The translations under genes and the position numbers were made by a program. Below, one piece after another: positions 39,894 through 42,503 of a stretch of DNA of 42,503 nucleotides (position 1 is the first letter of the stretch; the number at the start of each line of letters is the position of its first letter). The stretch comes from Nitrospinae bacterium RIFCSPLOWO2_12_39_16. GTDB lineage: Bacteria > Nitrospinota > Nitrospinia > UBA9942. The notes beneath the pieces were generated by a model, which saw only the letters and a program-made list of their open reading frames with translations, was not told the DNA's origin and made no database searches. Location of the stretch: contig MHDO01000149.1 of NCBI GenBank assembly GCA_001805005.1, forward strand, positions 1-42,503, given 5' to 3'.

Positions 39894-41480
39894 ATGCAAA
39901 TACTATATGGACGACGTGCAGAGGATGGGAAAGAGATAGCATTATCTCAGGTAAAAAAAGATTTCTGTGAGATTGAATATACAGATTTTCCTGAAACCCC
40001 ATTCATAACTGACAAAATCTCCATGAGGTTTTTGAAGAATAAACTAATCTACCTCCTCTATGTGCGTGACAATGTATTATATGTGGCCGCTTCCAATCCA
40101 GAGGACTATGATGTCCTTGATGCGATAAAAATTGCAACCGGATTTGAGGTAAAAGCTCTCAAGGCAAGGGATGATGATATCTCAAGGGCAATAGAACAAC
40201 ACTATAAGGTAGGGCAGTCCAGTGTGGATGAGATTATTGGAGATATAGCACCCCATGACCTTGATGGAGGGATAAATGATGAGGATATTGATCACTTAAG
40301 AGATATGGCATCTGAGGCACCTGTAGTGAGGCTGGTTAACCATATTATGAGTACTGCTATAGGGTGCAGGGCAAGCGATATACACATTGAGCCCTTTGAA
40401 AAGATACTAAAGGTAAGGTATAGAATAGATGACATTCTCCATGAGAGAGAGGTTCTTCCCAGATCGCTTCAGGCAGCTGTTGTATCTAGGGTTAAGATAC
40501 TTGCCAATCTTAACATCGCTGAGAGGCGGCTTCCCCAGGATGGAAAGATCAATGCCAGATTAGGAGGTAAGGATATAGATTTAAGGGTTGCCACCGTCCC
40601 TACTGTTCATGGAGAGGGGATTGTGATAAGAATACTTGATAGGGGTGGCCTTGTATTAGACTTGAGGGAACTTGGACTGATAGGAGAGAACAAAAGAAAA
40701 TTTGAGTATATGATTACAAAGCCCCATGGGATGATTCTTGTTACCGGACCTACAGGAAGCGGGAAAACTACGACACTCTATGCTGCCCTTGAAAAATTGA
40801 ATACCTCTGATAGAAAGATTATTACTATAGAAGACCCTGTAGAATACCAGCTTGAGGGCATCAATCAGATACAGGTAAAACCACAAATAGGACTAACCTT
40901 TGCTAATGGGCTGAGGAATATTGTAAGACAGGATCCTGATATTATTCTCGTTGGAGAGATAAGGGACAGGGAGACTGCTGAAATAGCTATACATGCTGCA
41001 TTAACTGGACATCTTGTTTTCAGCACACTGCACACAAATGATGCCGCAGGCGCTATAACCCGTCTTGTTGAAATGGGGCTTACCGATTATCTCCTCGCCT
41101 CTACCCTTATTGGAGTGGTAGCACAGAGATTGTTCAGGAGAATTTGTGCGAATTGCAAGAAGGCTGTTGCACCAAATGAATTGGAGATGAATGAACTTAA
41201 AGGGATTATGAGGGGAGATATTAAAGATGTAAAAATATATAAGGGTGAGGGTTGTAAAGAATGTGTATCAACAGGTTACTGGGGACGTATTGCGGCATTT
41301 GAAATATTAGTAGTAGATGACAATATAAGGGCTCTTATACTCAAAAGTCCTGGGGCAAATACAATAAAGTCTGCTGCTGTAAACAGTGGTATGACCACTC
41401 TAAAAGAGGATAGCCTTAGAATGGTTATAGATGGTACTACAACCATGGAGGAAGTGATAAGGGTAATACAAGAGGGTTGA
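39894..41480 (+). CDS. gspE: type II secretion ATPase GspE
   Basis: N-terminal T2SS-E N domain. Walker A GPTGSGKTT (40746-40772). ILVGEIRD, GHLVFSTLHTNDA. Tetracysteine CANCKK..CKEC. Confidence 0.92.
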   Translation: MQILYGRRAEDGKEIALSQVKKDFCEIEYTDFPETPFITDKISMRFLKNKLIYLLYVRDNVLYVAASNPEDYDVLDAIKIATGFEVKALKARDDDISRAIEQHYKVGQSSVDEIIGDIAPHDLDGGINDEDIDHLRDMASEAPVVRLVNHIMSTAIGCRASDIHIEPFEKILKVRYRIDDILHEREVLPRSLQAAVVSRVKILANLNIAERRLPQDGKINARLGGKDIDLRVATVPTVHGEGIVIRILDRGGLVLDLRELGLIGENKRKFEYMITKPHGMILVTGPTGSGKTTTLYAALEKLNTSDRKIITIEDPVEYQLEGINQIQVKPQIGLTFANGLRNIVRQDPDIILVGEIRDRETAEIAIHAALTGHLVFSTLHTNDAAGAITRLVEMGLTDYLLASTLIGVVAQRLFRRICANCKKAVAPNELEMNELKGIMRGDIKDVKIYKGEGCKECVSTGYWGRIAAFEILVVDDNIRALILKSPGANTIKSAAVNSGMTTLKEDSLRMVIDGTTTMEEVIRVIQEG

Positions 41481-41653
41481 TATGTGCAATATTTCACAGC
41501 CCCTATGTAATAATACACACGCCATACTTTATCAGCCAACTTTTTGCTTTGCCAAGTTAGTGGTAGATAGGTAAGGGTTAATATTTCAAATGGTTATAAG
41601 TATTAGATTCTATAAGTTTTTATACAGGCGTTAGAATAGAAATTTAATATTTA

Positions 41654-41669
41654 TGGCATAAAAAATGCT
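41654..41669 (+). promoter_or_regulatory. candidate sigma54 (-24/-12) promoter upstream of cytochrome gene
   Basis: TGGCAT-AAAAA-ATGCT against consensus TGGCAC-N5-TTGCW. GG 41655-41656 and GC 41667-41668 have the canonical 12-nt offset. Sits ~117 nt upstream of ATG 41786 in a 305-nt AT-rich gap. Confidence 0.35.
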
Positions 41670-41785
41670 TAATTATATTAGGGGTAGGTTATATAATAGA
41701 CTAAAAGTGTCAAGGTGTTGGAAAATCAGAGTTTCTTCTAATTTGACACTTTGAATCTGTGACTTTTATTTTGTATGGGGTTGGC

Positions 41786-42503
41786 ATGATTAGAAGATAC
41801 CTGCATATCTTTGGCTCAAATTTATATCCTATAAGGATTATATTACTCATTTCTTTAGTAGTAGTTGATTTTTTCCTTTTAATACTCATGTATACACCAA
41901 TTGTAGACGCAACAGGTGGGGCATTTCCATTTACAAAGCATGGAGGTGTCACAGGTAATGGAGTAGACCGCTCTACAACAGGGAGTTGGCCTCCTGCCAC
42001 AGGTGCAGGCACATATCAAAAAGGTGAATGCTTGCACTGTCATGAAATACATGGAAGCTTTGGCGGTAGTGAGCCTTATCCTAATGTTAATATCTATCCA
42101 TCATTTATGAATTCTCAGGAGGCTGAGGGTCCAGACCCATATCTTCTCTTTGCTGATAACAACGAAAAACTATGCTTGACATGCCATGAAACATTTCAAT
42201 TTACAGGTAAGCCGGCAGGATGGGGGGAATATGGATTTTTTCAGGGGAAGACTGTTTATGAAAACTCAACCCATGGTGCCTTCTCATTAAATTCAAATAT
42301 GCTCTGGCCGGGTATAAGTGGTGCCACTGACCATCCAAGAAAAGCCCGACCTTCTACGCTCAATGGTGTAGCTCAAAAAGGTATATGTTTGAACTGTCAT
42401 ACTCCTCATGGTATCCTTGGCAGTGCAGGTAATGCCTATGATACAGATGCAGTTCCTGAAATAAAACAACTGACATCAAGCAACCCTTCTGTTACAAAGG
42501 ATT
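41786..42503 (+). CDS. multihaem c-type cytochrome, 3'-truncated by window edge
   Basis: ATG 41786. TM/signal IRIILLISLVVVDFFLLILMYTPIVDA. Three CxxCH motifs in frame: CLHCH 42029-42043, CLTCH 42173-42187, CLNCH 42386-42400. The ORF is open to the window end. Confidence 0.8.
   Translation, partial: MIRRYLHIFGSNLYPIRIILLISLVVVDFFLLILMYTPIVDATGGAFPFTKHGGVTGNGVDRSTTGSWPPATGAGTYQKGECLHCHEIHGSFGGSEPYPNVNIYPSFMNSQEAEGPDPYLLFADNNEKLCLTCHETFQFTGKPAGWGEYGFFQGKTVYENSTHGAFSLNSNMLWPGISGATDHPRKARPSTLNGVAQKGICLNCHTPHGILGSAGNAYDTDAVPEIKQLTSSNPSVTKD

Noticed and set aside
30313-41480. Type IV pilus (pilMNOPQ/pilBC) rather than T2SS
   Set aside because: A GspK-like protein with its characteristic motifs is present, with a full H-I-J-K minor pseudopilin set, GspG signatures (DPW..PY, SYGADG) and no PilT-like retraction ATPase. 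The PilM/N/O-like genes are compatible with GspL/M. A profile-based classifier should still confirm.
41743-41772. Sigma70 promoter TTGACA (41743-41748)-N18-TATTTT just upstream of the cytochrome ATG
   Set aside because: The -10 box is weak (4/6), and the implied transcript would leave under ~10 nt of leader with no room for an SD. It is likely a chance match in AT-rich sequence.

Overview
All credible genes in this AT-rich 42.5-kb window are on the + strand, with tiny or overlapping junctions, forming one co-directional supra-operon. (1) 1-12673: six tandem paralogues of ~710-750-aa exported PD40/TolB-like beta-propeller proteins. (2) 12759-30248: a block of exported modules that look non-enzymatic. 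It holds six FGE-sulfatase-fold (SUMF1/PorK-like) proteins without the FGE Cys pair, and four proteins carrying seven rhodanese-like domains that all lack the catalytic Cys. It also holds two large WD40 proteins (one fused to tandem rhodanese), a leader-bearing SAM methyltransferase, an unnamed ~48-aa-repeat propeller, a degenerate SNase-like protein and a decayed DUF4160/DUF2442 pair. (3) 30313-41480: a complete type II secretion cluster gspF-G-H-I-J-K-L-M-C-D-E. (4) 41786 onward: the start of a multihaem c-type cytochrome. The most unusual signal is at DNA level. More than 30 clusters of 6-9-nt short tandem repeats (STRs) occur, usually as imperfect palindromes with a purine-rich arm and a pyrimidine-rich arm. 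They lie in frame at the 5' ends of most exported genes, where they encode the charged n-region and hydrophobic h-region of the signal peptide. They also lie in frame inside propeller loops and in intergenic spacers. Near-identical leader cassettes are shared by unrelated genes. No rRNA, tRNA, CRISPR, transposase or integrase was recognised. All domain calls are by-eye motif recognition, with no HMM or BLAST run. Lineage guess (low confidence): an uncultivated anaerobe such as Nitrospirota/Thermodesulfovibrionia or Omnitrophota.
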